Positions 37,343 to 47,338 of a DNA stretch of 47,338 bases are shown in pieces (position 1 is the first letter of the stretch; each line of letters starts with the position of its first letter). Position numbers and translations under genes: made by a program. The stretch lies in contig JAYVCD010000066.1 of NCBI GenBank assembly GCA_043750125.1, forward strand, positions 1 through 47,338, given 5' to 3'. The DNA comes from Archangiaceae bacterium (GTDB lineage Bacteria > Myxococcota > Myxococcia > Myxococcales > Myxococcaceae). Under the pieces are notes generated by a model. The model saw nothing but the letters and a program-made list of their open reading frames with translations, ran no database searches and was not told the origin of the DNA.

Positions 37343-37641
37343 CAGAACGGTACGTCCTCATCGGTCTTCGTCCGCCGGGCGGCGGTCGGGGTGGCGGGCG
37401 CCTCAGCAGGGTTGAGCGCGGCGGTGCGACCATCGTCCGACAGCAGCTGCTCGACCCGCTTCTCGGCCTCGGCGAGCAGCTTCTCGCCCCGCTTGACCAG
37501 CTGCACACCCTCGGCAAATTTCTCGAGCGACGCCTCGAGCGACAGCGACCCGCCCTCGAGCGACTCCACGATTTCCTGCAGCCGGGCCACTACGTCGCCG
37601 TAGCCGGTGCGCTCAGTCTTCTCCACTTTGGTCGTCGTCAC
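37342..37641 (-). CDS. xseB: Exodeoxyribonuclease VII small subunit
   Basis: [26 protein letters not shown]...[11 protein letters not shown]; lies between xseA and ispA. Confidence 0.93.
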   Translation of the reverse strand: MTTTKVEKTERTGYGDVVARLQEIVESLEGGSLSLEASLEKFAEGVQLVKRGEKLLAEAEKRVEQLLSDDGRTAALNPAEAPATPTAARRTKTDEDVPF

Positions 37642-39310
37642 GGCGGGCTGTATAGGACGTTTGGCGGGACCCCGTCACGGTCGCGTCGACCTCTCCTTCC
37701 TGCAGCCGGATCCTCAACCCATCGCCCGGCTTCACGTCCGAGGCCGAGCGAACCGCCCGTCCGTCCGCCGAGGCGAAAGCAATCGCATACCCACGCGAGA
37801 GCACCTTCAGCGGGCTGAGCGCATCGAGCTGCCCTTCGAGCGCCGCGAGCGCCACCCGCTCGCGGACCAGGGTTCGGCCCATCAACATCGGCAGCCGCCC
37901 CTTCACCGTCTGCAAGGCGGCCCGAGCCGCATGCGCCGCCGGCTTGGGTGAAACGTGGTGCAGTCGGTCGCGCCACAGCGCAAGGCCATCGCGCTCTCGA
38001 CGGAAAGTGAAGCTCGCCGCCGACTGCAGCCGCGCCGCCAGCTGGTGCAGTGCTTTTCGGGTCGCCAGCAACTGGGCCTGGGGCCGAAGCTGATGAAGCT
38101 TCACGTTCAGCGCCCGCAACACCTCGCGGCGCTCGCGGGTGGTCCGCTCGAGACCGGCGCGCATCTTCTCGACCAGCTCCGAAAGCTGCAGCCTTCGTTG
38201 CGACAGTCCCCGCCGGGGGTCCTTCAACGTGGCCTGCAGACTTCCCAGCCGGTGGTGGCCTTCGAGGATCCGGCGCTCGACGGCCTTTCGCAGCCGGGCG
38301 CGGGTCGTCGCCAGGTGCAGCTGAAGATCTGCCAACACCGGTGCAATCGCCTCGGCCGCTGCACTCGGAGTCGGCGCCCGCAGGTCCGCGACGTAGTCCG
38401 CCAACGTCGTGTCCACCTCGTGTCCGACGGCTGAAACGACCGGCAGGGGGCACTCGAAGATCGCCCGCGCCACTGTTTCTTCGTTGAAGGCCCACAGATC
38501 TTCAGCCGACCCTCCCCCGCGGGTGACCACGATCACATCGACGTTCTGGCGCCCCAGTCGCCGAATCGCGCGGGCAATCTCCAGCGCCGCCCCTTCTCCT
38601 TGCACCCGGGTATCTGCCACCAACACCGCCAACCGGGGGTGCCTGCGGTGAAGCACTTTCAAGAAGTCGCGCAGCGCCGCGCCGCTGATGCTGGTCACCA
38701 CTCCAATTCGCCGCGGCAAGGTCGGCAGCGGCCGCCGCGGCTTCTTGCGGTTCGGCCCGAACAACCCCTCGGCCATCAGCTTCGCCTTCAGCTGCTCGTA
38801 GGCGAGCGCCTGGGCCCCCACCCCCGTCGGATCAATGCGCTGAACAATCAGCGAATAGCGCCCCGAAGGCTCGTAGAGGTCGATGCTTCCCTCGACGATC
38901 ACCGACAGCCCATCTCGAAGGGCGAACTTCATTCGCGCCGCAGTCGTCTGCCAGACCTTGATGTCGATCGACGAGACATCGTCTTTGAGCGCGAAGTAGA
39001 GGTGACCGCGCACGTTCGGCCCGCGAAAACCCGAAACCTCGCCCCGCACCAGCACCCGCCCGAAAACCGGCTCGATCGTCTCTTTGAGCGCGCGGGTCAG
39101 CTGCCCCACAGTCAGAACCTTCGGCTCGGATTTCAGTACCGGAAGTGCCGGGCGGGGCAGTTGCGGTGCGGCCACCACCACCGGCTTTTCCGCCGCAGTC
39201 GTCCCGGCGCGCACCCACTCGGGCTCCGACGGCGGCGCGACGGGGTCGGCCTTGCCCACGGGCTCTGAAGGTTTCGGGGCTGAGCCGCCGAAGAGATCCT
39301 GCTGCTTCAT
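37613..39310 (-). CDS. xseA: Exodeoxyribonuclease VII large subunit
   Basis: VRGEVSGF, GHLYFALKD, RGGGSAEDLWAFNEE, SAVGHEVD, RAPTPSAAAE, LSPLKVLSRGY. Confidence 0.95.
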   Translation of the reverse strand: MKQQDLFGGSAPKPSEPVGKADPVAPPSEPEWVRAGTTAAEKPVVVAAPQLPRPALPVLKSEPKVLTVGQLTRALKETIEPVFGRVLVRGEVSGFRGPNVRGHLYFALKDDVSSIDIKVWQTTAARMKFALRDGLSVIVEGSIDLYEPSGRYSLIVQRIDPTGVGAQALAYEQLKAKLMAEGLFGPNRKKPRRPLPTLPRRIGVVTSISGAALRDFLKVLHRRHPRLAVLVADTRVQGEGAALEIARAIRRLGRQNVDVIVVTRGGGSAEDLWAFNEETVARAIFECPLPVVSAVGHEVDTTLADYVADLRAPTPSAAAEAIAPVLADLQLHLATTRARLRKAVERRILEGHHRLGSLQATLKDPRRGLSQRRLQLSELVEKMRAGLERTTRERREVLRALNVKLHQLRPQAQLLATRKALHQLAARLQSAASFTFRRERDGLALWRDRLHHVSPKPAAHAARAALQTVKGRLPMLMGRTLVRERVALAALEGQLDALSPLKVLSRGYAIAFASADGRAVRSASDVKPGDGLRIRLQEGEVDATVTGSRQTSYTARRDDDQSGED

Positions 39311-39357
39311 CGGGGTGAAAGTTCTTCCTTCTGTCGGTCGGGCGCAACAGCCGAACG

Positions 39358-41055
39358 CTACTGCTTGAGTTTTTCCAGCTGCGAGCGGGCCTTCTCGTAA
39401 AACTCGTCACCCTTCACCGTCATCTGCATCACCTGCTTGAAGAACGTGACCGCTTCGTCCGGACTGCCATCTTTGAGCTGGTAGCCCCGCAAGTAGAGCT
39501 CCCGCGATTGAACCCGGGCTTCACTCGCGATCGCCCCTGCCCCCGGGTGGCCCGGGTCGGCGGTCAGCACCTTCTTCGCGTACTCGACCGCCTGCCCCCA
39601 ATCGCCCTTCGATTTCGCCGAGGTGGCCTTGAGGTAGTAGGCGGTCACGACCCGGGTCGCGATCGGCTTCGAAAGAGCGCTGGCAGAACCGCCGGTGATC
39701 CTGCGATCCAGCTCGAGCAGGGACATCAGGTCCGAAGGACCCAACGTCTCGAGCTTCTTGTTCTTCTCGTTGAATTCCTGAATCTGGCCCATCAGCGTCT
39801 TGCACTGCCGGAAGTTGCCCGCGCACGCATTGGCCGTTGCCAGCGCCCCGGCCTGGTCCCCATTCAAGAACAACAGCTGCACCGGGACCCACGGGGTTTT
39901 CGGGGCGGCCGTCGGAACGAAGGGGTGCTCGCTTCTGTAGATCGCCCGGGTGGCGGTGTCCTTGAATTCCAGCCCGTCCCGGTGATCGTCCTTCAGCGCC
40001 AGGACATCGTTTGCAATCGCCAGCACTTCCCGCATCTTGGCCAGATCGCCCGTCGACCCCACCAGTTCCCGCGCCACTGCGAGCTTCTGCTCGACCTTCG
40101 CGTCCAGGTCGGCTTTCACCTTCTCGCGACGGTCGGTCTGCTGGGTGTCGCTGCTCACCAGCAGCAGTTCTTTGTTGGCGTTCGCCACCTGCCCAAGCTT
40201 GGTGAACTCGGCGGCCTTGGCCAGGTGCTGCTCGTTGGGAATCTCTTTCTCCGTCCGGTCAAGGTACTGCTGCACGGTGCCCCCGCCGAAATTGGAATTG
40301 GCCGACTGCACCTGCTCGAGCATCGCCTTCGCCTCGACCCACTTCCCCGCGCGAATCTGGTTCTTGGCTTCCTGAAACATCGTCCGCAGCTGTTCCATCG
40401 AACGGGCCTCGATGTCGGCGGTCGCCCCCGCGGCTTCCTTCCGCTTGGCCTCGATGATCTTGTAGCCGACGAAACCAGCCATCAACACCACCGCGATCGC
40501 GCCCACCCGAACGAGCAGCTTTCTTCGCCTCGCCTTCGCTTCCGGGTCCTCCTGGTTGCGATGCCGCGAGCTGCGCACCACCGGACGCCGGCCGCTGTTC
40601 ATCTCTGCCCCGATCGAGTTGCGGCGCGCGGGACGCTGGGCCGCTCCTTCATCGACGTACTGCAGCTCGGTATCGCCCATCGCGACCACGTCGCCATTTT
40701 GAAGAATCGTCTCTTCCGCAATCGAGCTGCCGTTCACCATCGTTCCGTTGCCGCTGCCCATGTCGCTCGCGGCCCAGCCTTCCGGAGTGCGACGCAACAG
40801 CACGTGCTTGCGCGAGACCGAAGTGTCCGGAATGGCGATCGCGTTTTCAGCCGACCGACCCATCACCACTTCGTCCCCTTCCAGCGTGAATTCCTGCCCG
40901 GCAGAAGGACCCGAGGTGCAAATCAGCTTCTGGACCGCCGCCAGAGGAGCGCTGACCCGCGGTGCCTGGCCCGTGGGCCTGCGTGCGCGGTTTGGGCCCC
41001 CTGTAGCAGGAGCGGCGACACCGGTCGGTCTTCGTCGGGGAGGAGGAGGGGGCAT
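39358..41055 (-). CDS. FHA domain + TM + periplasmic TPR-like protein (Kil/Tad-associated)
   Basis: FHA motifs MGRS, SVSRKH and DMGSGNGT; TM LLVRVGAIAVVLMAGFVGY; helical C-terminal region. Confidence 0.88.
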   Translation of the reverse strand: MPPPPPRRRPTGVAAPATGGPNRARRPTGQAPRVSAPLAAVQKLICTSGPSAGQEFTLEGDEVVMGRSAENAIAIPDTSVSRKHVLLRRTPEGWAASDMGSGNGTMVNGSSIAEETILQNGDVVAMGDTELQYVDEGAAQRPARRNSIGAEMNSGRRPVVRSSRHRNQEDPEAKARRRKLLVRVGAIAVVLMAGFVGYKIIEAKRKEAAGATADIEARSMEQLRTMFQEAKNQIRAGKWVEAKAMLEQVQSANSNFGGGTVQQYLDRTEKEIPNEQHLAKAAEFTKLGQVANANKELLLVSSDTQQTDRREKVKADLDAKVEQKLAVARELVGSTGDLAKMREVLAIANDVLALKDDHRDGLEFKDTATRAIYRSEHPFVPTAAPKTPWVPVQLLFLNGDQAGALATANACAGNFRQCKTLMGQIQEFNEKNKKLETLGPSDLMSLLELDRRITGGSASALSKPIATRVVTAYYLKATSAKSKGDWGQAVEYAKKVLTADPGHPGAGAIASEARVQSRELYLRGYQLKDGSPDEAVTFFKQVMQMTVKGDEFYEKARSQLEKLKQ

Positions 41056-41150
41056 GTCGAAAAACCGTTATCGATCGTCCAACTGACTGATTGTGACAGC
41101 CTTGGTCCTCGCTCGCCAAGGGGGCGTTGCGCCTACCTGCGTTAAAACAA

Positions 41151-42393
41151 CTACCTCGCCCGCAGCACCTGGAGCACTCTTTCTGCCTTCTCCCGCTGAG
41201 GGTCTCCCGCGGGCAGCATCCCCACCACCTCGTTGCACAACCCGATCGCCTGCTCGGGCTCGGTCTGACGCAGTTGGTAGCAGCGCAGGTAGCTCTCGCG
41301 CGCGCGTTCCTTTCCTTCCGCAACCATCGCTTGCGCTTCCCGCGTGGCCAGGCTCAGCGTCGATCACCTTTTGTGCATGCTGCATCACCTGCGACCAATC
41401 GCCGATCGTCTTCGCAGCCGAGGCCTTTCGGTAGAAGACCGCAGAAATGCGGGTGACGATCTGGGTGCTCTGCGGCGACGATTTTCCGCCGGAGATCTGT
41501 CGATCGAGCCGCAAGGCCGTCTCGAGCTCCGCCGCCTGGAGCGCTTCGAGCCGCTTCAGCAGAACATTCAGCTCGCCCATCTTTCCCTCCAGCGCCCGGC
41601 ACGACTCGGCGCTGTTCGCGCACGCAGCTGCAGCCGCCAACGCTTCTGCAGCAGCCCACCCGCATAGGTCGACTGCACCCTCAGCCCCGGATCGTCTTTG
41701 GGCAACTCGGCCTTCTCCACCACCCGAATGCGCAGCGCGCGATCGGCCGTCGCTTTGAACTCGAGCGCATCGCGATCTTCCGGGCGGGCCACGAGCAGAT
41801 CTTCAGCCAGGCTCTTGAGCTTCTTCATCTTCGCCTCCCCGCCTGCCTGCACCAGGGCCTGGGCTTCGAGGATCCTCGCCTTGAAAACCTCTGCTTCCCG
41901 CGCCTGCAGCTGATCGCGCCGACTCTGTTGTTGGGTGTCCGCCAAGACCGCCCCGATCGCACGATGGGCGTTGCCCACTTCATTGCGTCCCAGCGCCGCC
42001 GCCGCGAGGTACGTCTTCACCGCCCCGTCGGCGAAGTCGGGGCGAACCGCGATCACTTCCTCGAACTTCGCGCCCGCCTCGACCCACTTCCCCTGCCGAA
42101 TGAAGTTCTTTCCTTCCTGAAAGGCGATCTTCAGCTCCTGGGTCTGAGCCTGGGAAGGGTCCAGCGGCACCGTCGAGGGCCAATGGGTCGACTTCCAGTA
42201 GCCCGCCGCTGCCACTCCTTACCAGCGCCACCAGGACGACCGCCAGGGGCGCCTTGCTCTTCGACTTCTCCGGCGGTTTCACCCTGCGCGCCACCCGACG
42301 ACGAGAAATCGCCGAAGGCTCGTCGGAGACTTCCGAAGGCGCGGGCGGCACAGCCCGACGCTTCGACAACTCTGCCCGCACCCACCGCTTCAC
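41151..42393 (-). pseudogene. Frameshifted paralogue of the 39358..41055 TM/TPR protein, lacking the FHA domain
   Basis: GTG 42393 overlaps the upstream stop. Homology to the neighbour is spread over four frame segments (shifts near 42219, 41656 and 41337) and ends at TAG 41151-41153. Confidence 0.8.
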
Positions 42394-44120
42394 AGCTGAT
42401 ACTCGTCGAGCTTTTCGTTGGCCAGCGTGTGACAGCGGTGCTCGGTGGTGGGGAAGTACTGCGCCACTTCCATCAAGATTTCTTTCGCCCGCTGGGGGTC
42501 CTTGAGCTCCATCTGTTTCTTCGCCTCGAGCATCAGCGCACCGCATTGTCGGTCGAGCTCCTGTCCGATTTCGTCCGCCTTCCTCCGGGCCTGTTCGAAG
42601 AGCGACGTGCGCTGCTCTTCGGGCAGCCCCAACAACAGCTGCCACGTCTGGCGGTAGGCCTTCCATGATCGAAATACGTTCTGACTGCCTACCTCGCGCT
42701 GGGCATACAGTTGGCCGGCCTGGCGGCCCATCTCTCGCGCGCGTCGAAGCGCGTCCGCCGGGGTGGACGGCGGCACCGGCAACAGCTCGAGCCACAAATC
42801 TGCCACCCTCCAACGCTCGCGCCCTGGAGGGTTGCGCACGTTGTCGAAGACCAAAGTGTTCTTCTCGCCCCGCTTGAGCATCCGCTGGGGAATCAACGTC
42901 TCGATCTCCCTGTCCGGGACGCCGATGTCCGGGGGCACGAAACCCACGTCCACCCCATTGACCATCACCGCCACCTCGTCGCGATCGATGTCCTGCGCGA
43001 GGTAGTGGATCAGCACTGCGGCCTCCGTCGGAGTCACGAAGTCGAACGTAAACTCCTTGGCTTCTTCACGGGGGTAGTCGACCCCGTCCCCCAGGCCGAA
43101 GGAATAACGAATGCGCTCGCTCGAGACCTTCAGTCGATCGGGCTCCGAAGGCAGCGCCGCTCCGGGCGCCGGTCGGAAAAATTGAAACAACCCGATGATC
43201 AAGCCGGTGACGACCAGCGCGCACCCCGCGGTGATCAAGGCCTGAGTTCGGGTCGACAAGCCCCCCCACCACTGGGCCGCCTGGGCCCCCAGCGTCGCAG
43301 TCGCCAGGCGCCTTCGACGCGACCGACTCGACTGGCTCTCTCGCACCGGAATCGAGTCGGTCTGATGCCGTACCGGGGCCGACTCGGACCTGGCCCGGGC
43401 CGGCACCGACTCCATCTTTTGCCGCGCCGGAGCGACGGTCGAGTCTTCCAGCGGCCTTGCATCTGCCGCGGTCGCATCAGCCAGGGGTTTGAAGTCACTG
43501 CCCGACAGCTCGAGCGGAATCAGCGAATTGGACGAAGCCTCGATGTCGGTCAGCAGCAGCTGGTTGAACGAAAGCGTCGGCCCCTTCCCCACCGGTGAAT
43601 GTGCCTTTTCGGCGGAAGGGCTTTCGCCCAGGGGGCTCGCAACCGGTTGGGTGCCTTCGTCCGCGAACAACGGCTTGCCCACCGGGGCCGTCGCTTCCTG
43701 ATCCTCGGTGTAGAGCGCGCGGCCTGGGGGCTCCAACGTCAGCAGATGATTCCTACCCGACTCGGTGACCAACTCTTCGCCGTCGCTGACCGGGGGCGGA
43801 AGTCTGCCGGGCTTCGACACCGTCGGCTCGAGCTCGACGAAGTTGATCAGTGCCGCTCCGATCGCCAGGGCGTCGCCGGTCTTCAGCTCGCGGGGAAGAT
43901 CGATGCGCTCGCCGTTGACCAGGGTGCCATTGGCACTGCCCAGGTCCTCGATCCACGGGCGACCCAGGTTCTCGAAGATTCGGGTGTGCTCGCGTGAGAC
44001 GCCCGCATCCGACAACACGACGTCGTTGTCTTCACCCCGGCCGATTCGAAACACAGCCTGAACGACGACGAACTGCTGTCCTTCACTGTTGCCTCGAGCA
44101 ATGAGCAGCCGGAACGCCAT
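42390..44120 (-). CDS. FHA domain + TM + periplasmic domain protein (Kil/Tad-associated)
   Basis: FHA IGRGEDND...GVSREH...DLGSANGT; TM LITAGCALVVTGLIIGLF. Confidence 0.88.
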   Translation of the reverse strand: MAFRLLIARGNSEGQQFVVVQAVFRIGRGEDNDVVLSDAGVSREHTRIFENLGRPWIEDLGSANGTLVNGERIDLPRELKTGDALAIGAALINFVELEPTVSKPGRLPPPVSDGEELVTESGRNHLLTLEPPGRALYTEDQEATAPVGKPLFADEGTQPVASPLGESPSAEKAHSPVGKGPTLSFNQLLLTDIEASSNSLIPLELSGSDFKPLADATAADARPLEDSTVAPARQKMESVPARARSESAPVRHQTDSIPVRESQSSRSRRRRLATATLGAQAAQWWGGLSTRTQALITAGCALVVTGLIIGLFQFFRPAPGAALPSEPDRLKVSSERIRYSFGLGDGVDYPREEAKEFTFDFVTPTEAAVLIHYLAQDIDRDEVAVMVNGVDVGFVPPDIGVPDREIETLIPQRMLKRGEKNTLVFDNVRNPPGRERWRVADLWLELLPVPPSTPADALRRAREMGRQAGQLYAQREVGSQNVFRSWKAYRQTWQLLLGLPEEQRTSLFEQARRKADEIGQELDRQCGALMLEAKKQMELKDPQRAKEILMEVAQYFPTTEHRCHTLANEKLDEYQL

Positions 44121-44147
44121 CGGATCTGACCTGAACAGAGGCCGACA

Positions 44148-45038
44148 CTACCCTCCGATGTTTCCGAACATGAAAGCGAAAACGATCGGCCCGAAGAGCA
44201 CCATGAACACCGTGGGAAAAATGCAGGCGATCAGCGGAAAGAGCATCTTGACCGGAGCCTCGTTGGCGAGCTTCTCGGCACGCTGGGTCCGGTCGATGCG
44301 CAGCTGGGTCGACTGAATGCGCAGAATCTTGCCGAGGCTGGTGCCCATCTTGTCGGCCTGAATCAACGCCGTGACGAACTGGGTCAACGAGCTCAAGTCG
44401 ACGCGGGCGATCATGTCCTTGAGCGCCTCTTCGCGGGTCTTGCCCATCTTCAGCTGCTTGAGCACCATCTGCAGCTCTTCGCGCAGCGGCCCGCCCTTGC
44501 CCTTCTCGACCACCTTGGCCAGCGCCCCGGTGAAGTCCAGGCCGGCTTCCACCGACAACGTCAACAAGTCGAGGTTGAACGGGAGCGCGCGGCTGATCTG
44601 AAGGTGCCGCTTCTTCACCTGATCGTTGATCCAGATCAGCGGGTAGAAAAGACCGATGAACGCACCGAGCAACGACGCCGCCAGGTTCCACCCGACCGCG
44701 TTGGCGACCACCAGGCCGAACAACAGCCCGACCACGAACCCGATCTCCTGCAACGCCATCATGTCTTCTGGCTTGTAGCCCTTGGGATCACCGCTCTTGA
44801 TCAGGCTGCGGCGCATCTTCGATTCATAGCCGGGCCACATGAACCGGCGGTTGGCGACACCCAGCTTGCGCACGACGACGCTGCCGACTCCGGCGACACC
44901 GCCGGCCGACTCTTCCTTCACTTCGACGATGAACCGCTCGAAGACGTTGGAATACAGACCGACCGCGAGGAAGCCGATCGCCCCGGCCGCGAAGATCGCC
45001 GCGCCCACCATCAGAACTGTCGTCAGGGCTTCTTGCAC
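44148..45038 (-). CDS. tadC: Tad pilus inner-membrane platform protein TadC (T2SSF; Kil-type)
   Basis: LPFNLDLLTLSVEAGLDF, LIQADKMGTSL, RAEKLANEAPVKMLFPLIACIFP. Confidence 0.92.
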   Translation of the reverse strand: MQEALTTVLMVGAAIFAAGAIGFLAVGLYSNVFERFIVEVKEESAGGVAGVGSVVVRKLGVANRRFMWPGYESKMRRSLIKSGDPKGYKPEDMMALQEIGFVVGLLFGLVVANAVGWNLAASLLGAFIGLFYPLIWINDQVKKRHLQISRALPFNLDLLTLSVEAGLDFTGALAKVVEKGKGGPLREELQMVLKQLKMGKTREEALKDMIARVDLSSLTQFVTALIQADKMGTSLGKILRIQSTQLRIDRTQRAEKLANEAPVKMLFPLIACIFPTVFMVLFGPIVFAFMFGNIGG

Positions 45039-45048
45039 TGTGGCTCCG

Positions 45049-45894
45049 TTAGATGTCGATGTTGACGATGCGGCGAATGATCAACATCCCCAGGACTTCC
45101 ATCACCACGATTGCGCCGACCAGCACGTACCCGAAGATGTGATCGAGCATCGGCTGCATCAGGTCCGGCCGCATGTAGTTGAGGACCATGCCGAGGATCA
45201 GCGGCATCGAGCCGACCACCCACCCCTGCAATTTTCCCTGCGAGGTCAGCGCGTCAATCTTGCCCTCGAGACGAAAGCGCTCGCGAATGGTCGTCGAAAG
45301 CGTCTCGAACATCTCAGCCATGTTTCCGCCCAACTGACGGCTGATGTTCGTCGCCGTCACCACCAATTCCAGGTCGTCACTGCCGACGCGCTTGGCCATG
45401 TTGACCAACGCTTCTTCCAGGGGCACGCCCAGCTTGGCTTCCTTCACGAACAGTCCGAATTCCTGACTCAGAGGCGCCATCGCCTCTTTCGACACATGCT
45501 CGATCGCTTGTTGGAAGGTGAGGCCAGCCTTGAACGCATTGGCCATCGCTTGCAGCGCATCGACCAACTGGGTGTTGAACTTCTTGATCCGGCGCTTGCG
45601 GTAGTGCTTGACGAGGATCATCGGCAGAAAGAAGCCGAAGATGGTCGCGCCCACCGCCACCAGCGGGTTGATCACGACGTAGCTGAACAACCCCAACAGA
45701 CACATCGAGGCGATGTTCAGGACCAACATCTGCCGCGGGTCGATGAACAAGAACATGTCGCTCAAGTCGTTCATCGACTTGACGACGTAGCGCTCCTGGT
45801 ACTGCTCGTACGCCTTCGACATCACCCCGAAAATGACGAGGCTGAAGAAGAAGACCGAGCCGGTCACCAGGAGCAGGACGATGGCTGGAAGCAT
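45049..45894 (-). CDS. tadB: Tad pilus inner-membrane platform protein TadB (T2SSF; Kil-type)
   Basis: QLVDALQAMANAFKAG, GGNMAEMF, TIRERFRLEGKIDALTSQGK. Confidence 0.92.
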   Translation of the reverse strand: MLPAIVLLLVTGSVFFFSLVIFGVMSKAYEQYQERYVVKSMNDLSDMFLFIDPRQMLVLNIASMCLLGLFSYVVINPLVAVGATIFGFFLPMILVKHYRKRRIKKFNTQLVDALQAMANAFKAGLTFQQAIEHVSKEAMAPLSQEFGLFVKEAKLGVPLEEALVNMAKRVGSDDLELVVTATNISRQLGGNMAEMFETLSTTIRERFRLEGKIDALTSQGKLQGWVVGSMPLILGMVLNYMRPDLMQPMLDHIFGYVLVGAIVVMEVLGMLIIRRIVNIDI

Positions 45895-45929
45895 GCGCGT
45901 TCGCTCCTTTGACCCTTAGGACTTGAAAC

Positions 45930-46754
45930 CTACGGCGTCGGGGCGGCTGAGCCCTTGGTGTCACTGCCAGTCGCGCCGCGGATCACTTGAATGGTGTTGA
46001 ACCGCTTCTGCTGCAGCACGCGGGTGCGCTCGCCCGACAAGAGGGTGTTGATCGTCGCCCTGCCCCGCTCTTCGATCACATCTACGTCGTCTTCGTTGCG
46101 CAGAGACATCGTGAGCGAGCCGAGCTCCTGAGCCAGAACGAGAATCTCGGCTTCCTCCGGAATCACCAGCAACGAAACGTTGCTGTACTCGCGCTGGTTT
46201 TCAGGAATCAGGTTCACGTTGGTGGTCCCGGTGATCTTTCCGGTCGCGAGCACGATGACGTTCTGCAGCAGCGTGACCGCGACGTTCTCGTTGGTCTGAG
46301 GGTCTTTGAAGGTGCCGATGATGTCGACGTGGTCGTTGGGACGAATCCAGCCGCCGACCGCCACCGCCTTGCCGGCTTCGATCGTGATCGCGCGGGCCTT
46401 TTTCTGCACCTTGGTGGAAAGCCGCTCGGCCGCCTTGGTGGTCTCGAACTGGCTCCACAACAGCGGGTCGCCTGCCTGAACCGGAACCAGCACCTTCTGG
46501 TTGACGACGTAGCTGGCCGAGTCGGGTTTCACCACCGACGAAGTGACGAACTGTTCAGGCACGCTGCGCTGCGAGATCATGTCGAAGGTGACGACAGTTC
46601 CTTCCGAGATGTCGACCGCGGCGACGACGACCGGAATGAGATTCCACCCGCGACGGACGTCAGATTCTTTCTTCTTGATCGCGGAGTACGCGACGATGCC
46701 GGCGAACAAACCGAGCACCAGCGCCACGATGAGAGGAGTCTTGCCCTTGAGCAT
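45930..46754 (-). CDS. cpaB: Flp pilus assembly protein CpaB/RcpC
   Basis: N-terminal TM, SAF-like VVVAAVDISEG, AVGGWIRPNDHVDII, TLLQNVIVLATG, LTMSLRN. ATG 46754. Confidence 0.92.
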   Translation of the reverse strand: MLKGKTPLIVALVLGLFAGIVAYSAIKKKESDVRRGWNLIPVVVAAVDISEGTVVTFDMISQRSVPEQFVTSSVVKPDSASYVVNQKVLVPVQAGDPLLWSQFETTKAAERLSTKVQKKARAITIEAGKAVAVGGWIRPNDHVDIIGTFKDPQTNENVAVTLLQNVIVLATGKITGTTNVNLIPENQREYSNVSLLVIPEEAEILVLAQELGSLTMSLRNEDDVDVIEERGRATINTLLSGERTRVLQQKRFNTIQVIRGATGSDTKGSAAPTP

Positions 46755-46863
46755 TGGGGGATTCTCCGAACGGAACTGTGGGGTTGTGGGTGCGAAAGAC
46801 GGTCGAATGGTACTGGCCACCGCGCGAGACTGTCAAAAGGTGTTCTGGCCCTGCGTCGCTTCT

Positions 46864-47331
46864 TCAATTTCTCGTGTCGGGCGTGTATGCACCTCGAAGC
46901 TCGAAAGGGTGTCCCAGATCATCGCGCAGCCGAACGGTTTGGTGCTCGGGATCCAGCCCAACCATCGTGATTGTGAACCGGCTGGCATCGGGAGGAACGA
47001 AGACCGTGAACGTCCCGGGCGCCGCATCCAGCAAGAAGTCCCCGTCTTTGACCAGGGTCCGCACCTGCCACCCGACGGTTGAAAAAAACCGGTCATGAAA
47101 CGGAGAGTCCAGCTGCGGGTTTTCCGCCTCGAACGCCCGCAGCGCAACTTCCCATTCGGCGGCGTTGGTGGCGACCGCGCCCGTCTGCTGAAGCCGGGCC
47201 CGCATCTTCTCATGCAGCCCCGTCCCCACTTCGAGCATCGCCAGGTTGGCGCCCGCCACGCTGCGGCGTGAGAACAGGTAGCCTTGTTGCCAGATTGAAG
47301 TCGCGAACGCGGCGAGCATCACCCCGGACAT
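46864..47331 (-). CDS. Hypothetical membrane-anchored protein (may extend beyond the window)
   Basis: ORF with a hydrophobic N-terminus; the frame is open to the window edge; no recognised motif. Confidence 0.5.
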   Translation of the reverse strand: MSGVMLAAFATSIWQQGYLFSRRSVAGANLAMLEVGTGLHEKMRARLQQTGAVATNAAEWEVALRAFEAENPQLDSPFHDRFFSTVGWQVRTLVKDGDFLLDAAPGTFTVFVPPDASRFTITMVGLDPEHQTVRLRDDLGHPFELRGAYTPDTRN

Positions 47332-47338
47332 CCACAGT

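Noticed and set aside
27506-41145. Long antisense ORFs 27506..29149, 31341..32960 and 39508..41145
   Set aside because: Each lies opposite a well-supported gene and has no recognisable motifs.

Overview
High-GC bacterial DNA, almost certainly Myxococcota (Myxococcaceae-like). The right two-thirds follow a gene order I recall from Myxococcus xanthus: pyrE-padC-bacP/O/N-agmH-TPR-sgmT, then tlyA-dxs-ispA-xseB-xseA, then FHA proteins with tadC-tadB-cpaB, resembling the Kil predation Tad cluster. The main discovery is at 1903-3743, where the ORF track splits or truncates two translationally coupled genes that each contain an in-frame UGA at a redox-motif Cys position. Gene 1 encodes a signal peptide, CxxU (CTTU), an outer-membrane beta-barrel-like region and a WCAPC thioredoxin domain. 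Gene 2 encodes a lipoprotein with a UxxC (UTVC) thioredoxin-like fold resembling the selenoprotein P N-terminal domain. Each UGA is followed by a SECIS-like hairpin whose apical-loop G lies 18 nt downstream. This looks like a two-selenoprotein cell-envelope redox/transport operon next to a LysR regulator, although no sel machinery is in the window. Other points: a triple-frameshifted paralogue among the Kil-linked FHA genes, an accessory block of Cys-rich/HExxH/VWA lipoproteins with a Ser/Thr kinase (12-18.3 kb), and an NTT-HEAT-cNMP fusion. No rRNA, tRNA, CRISPR array or mobile element was recognised. All family calls come from motif reading; no database searches were run.
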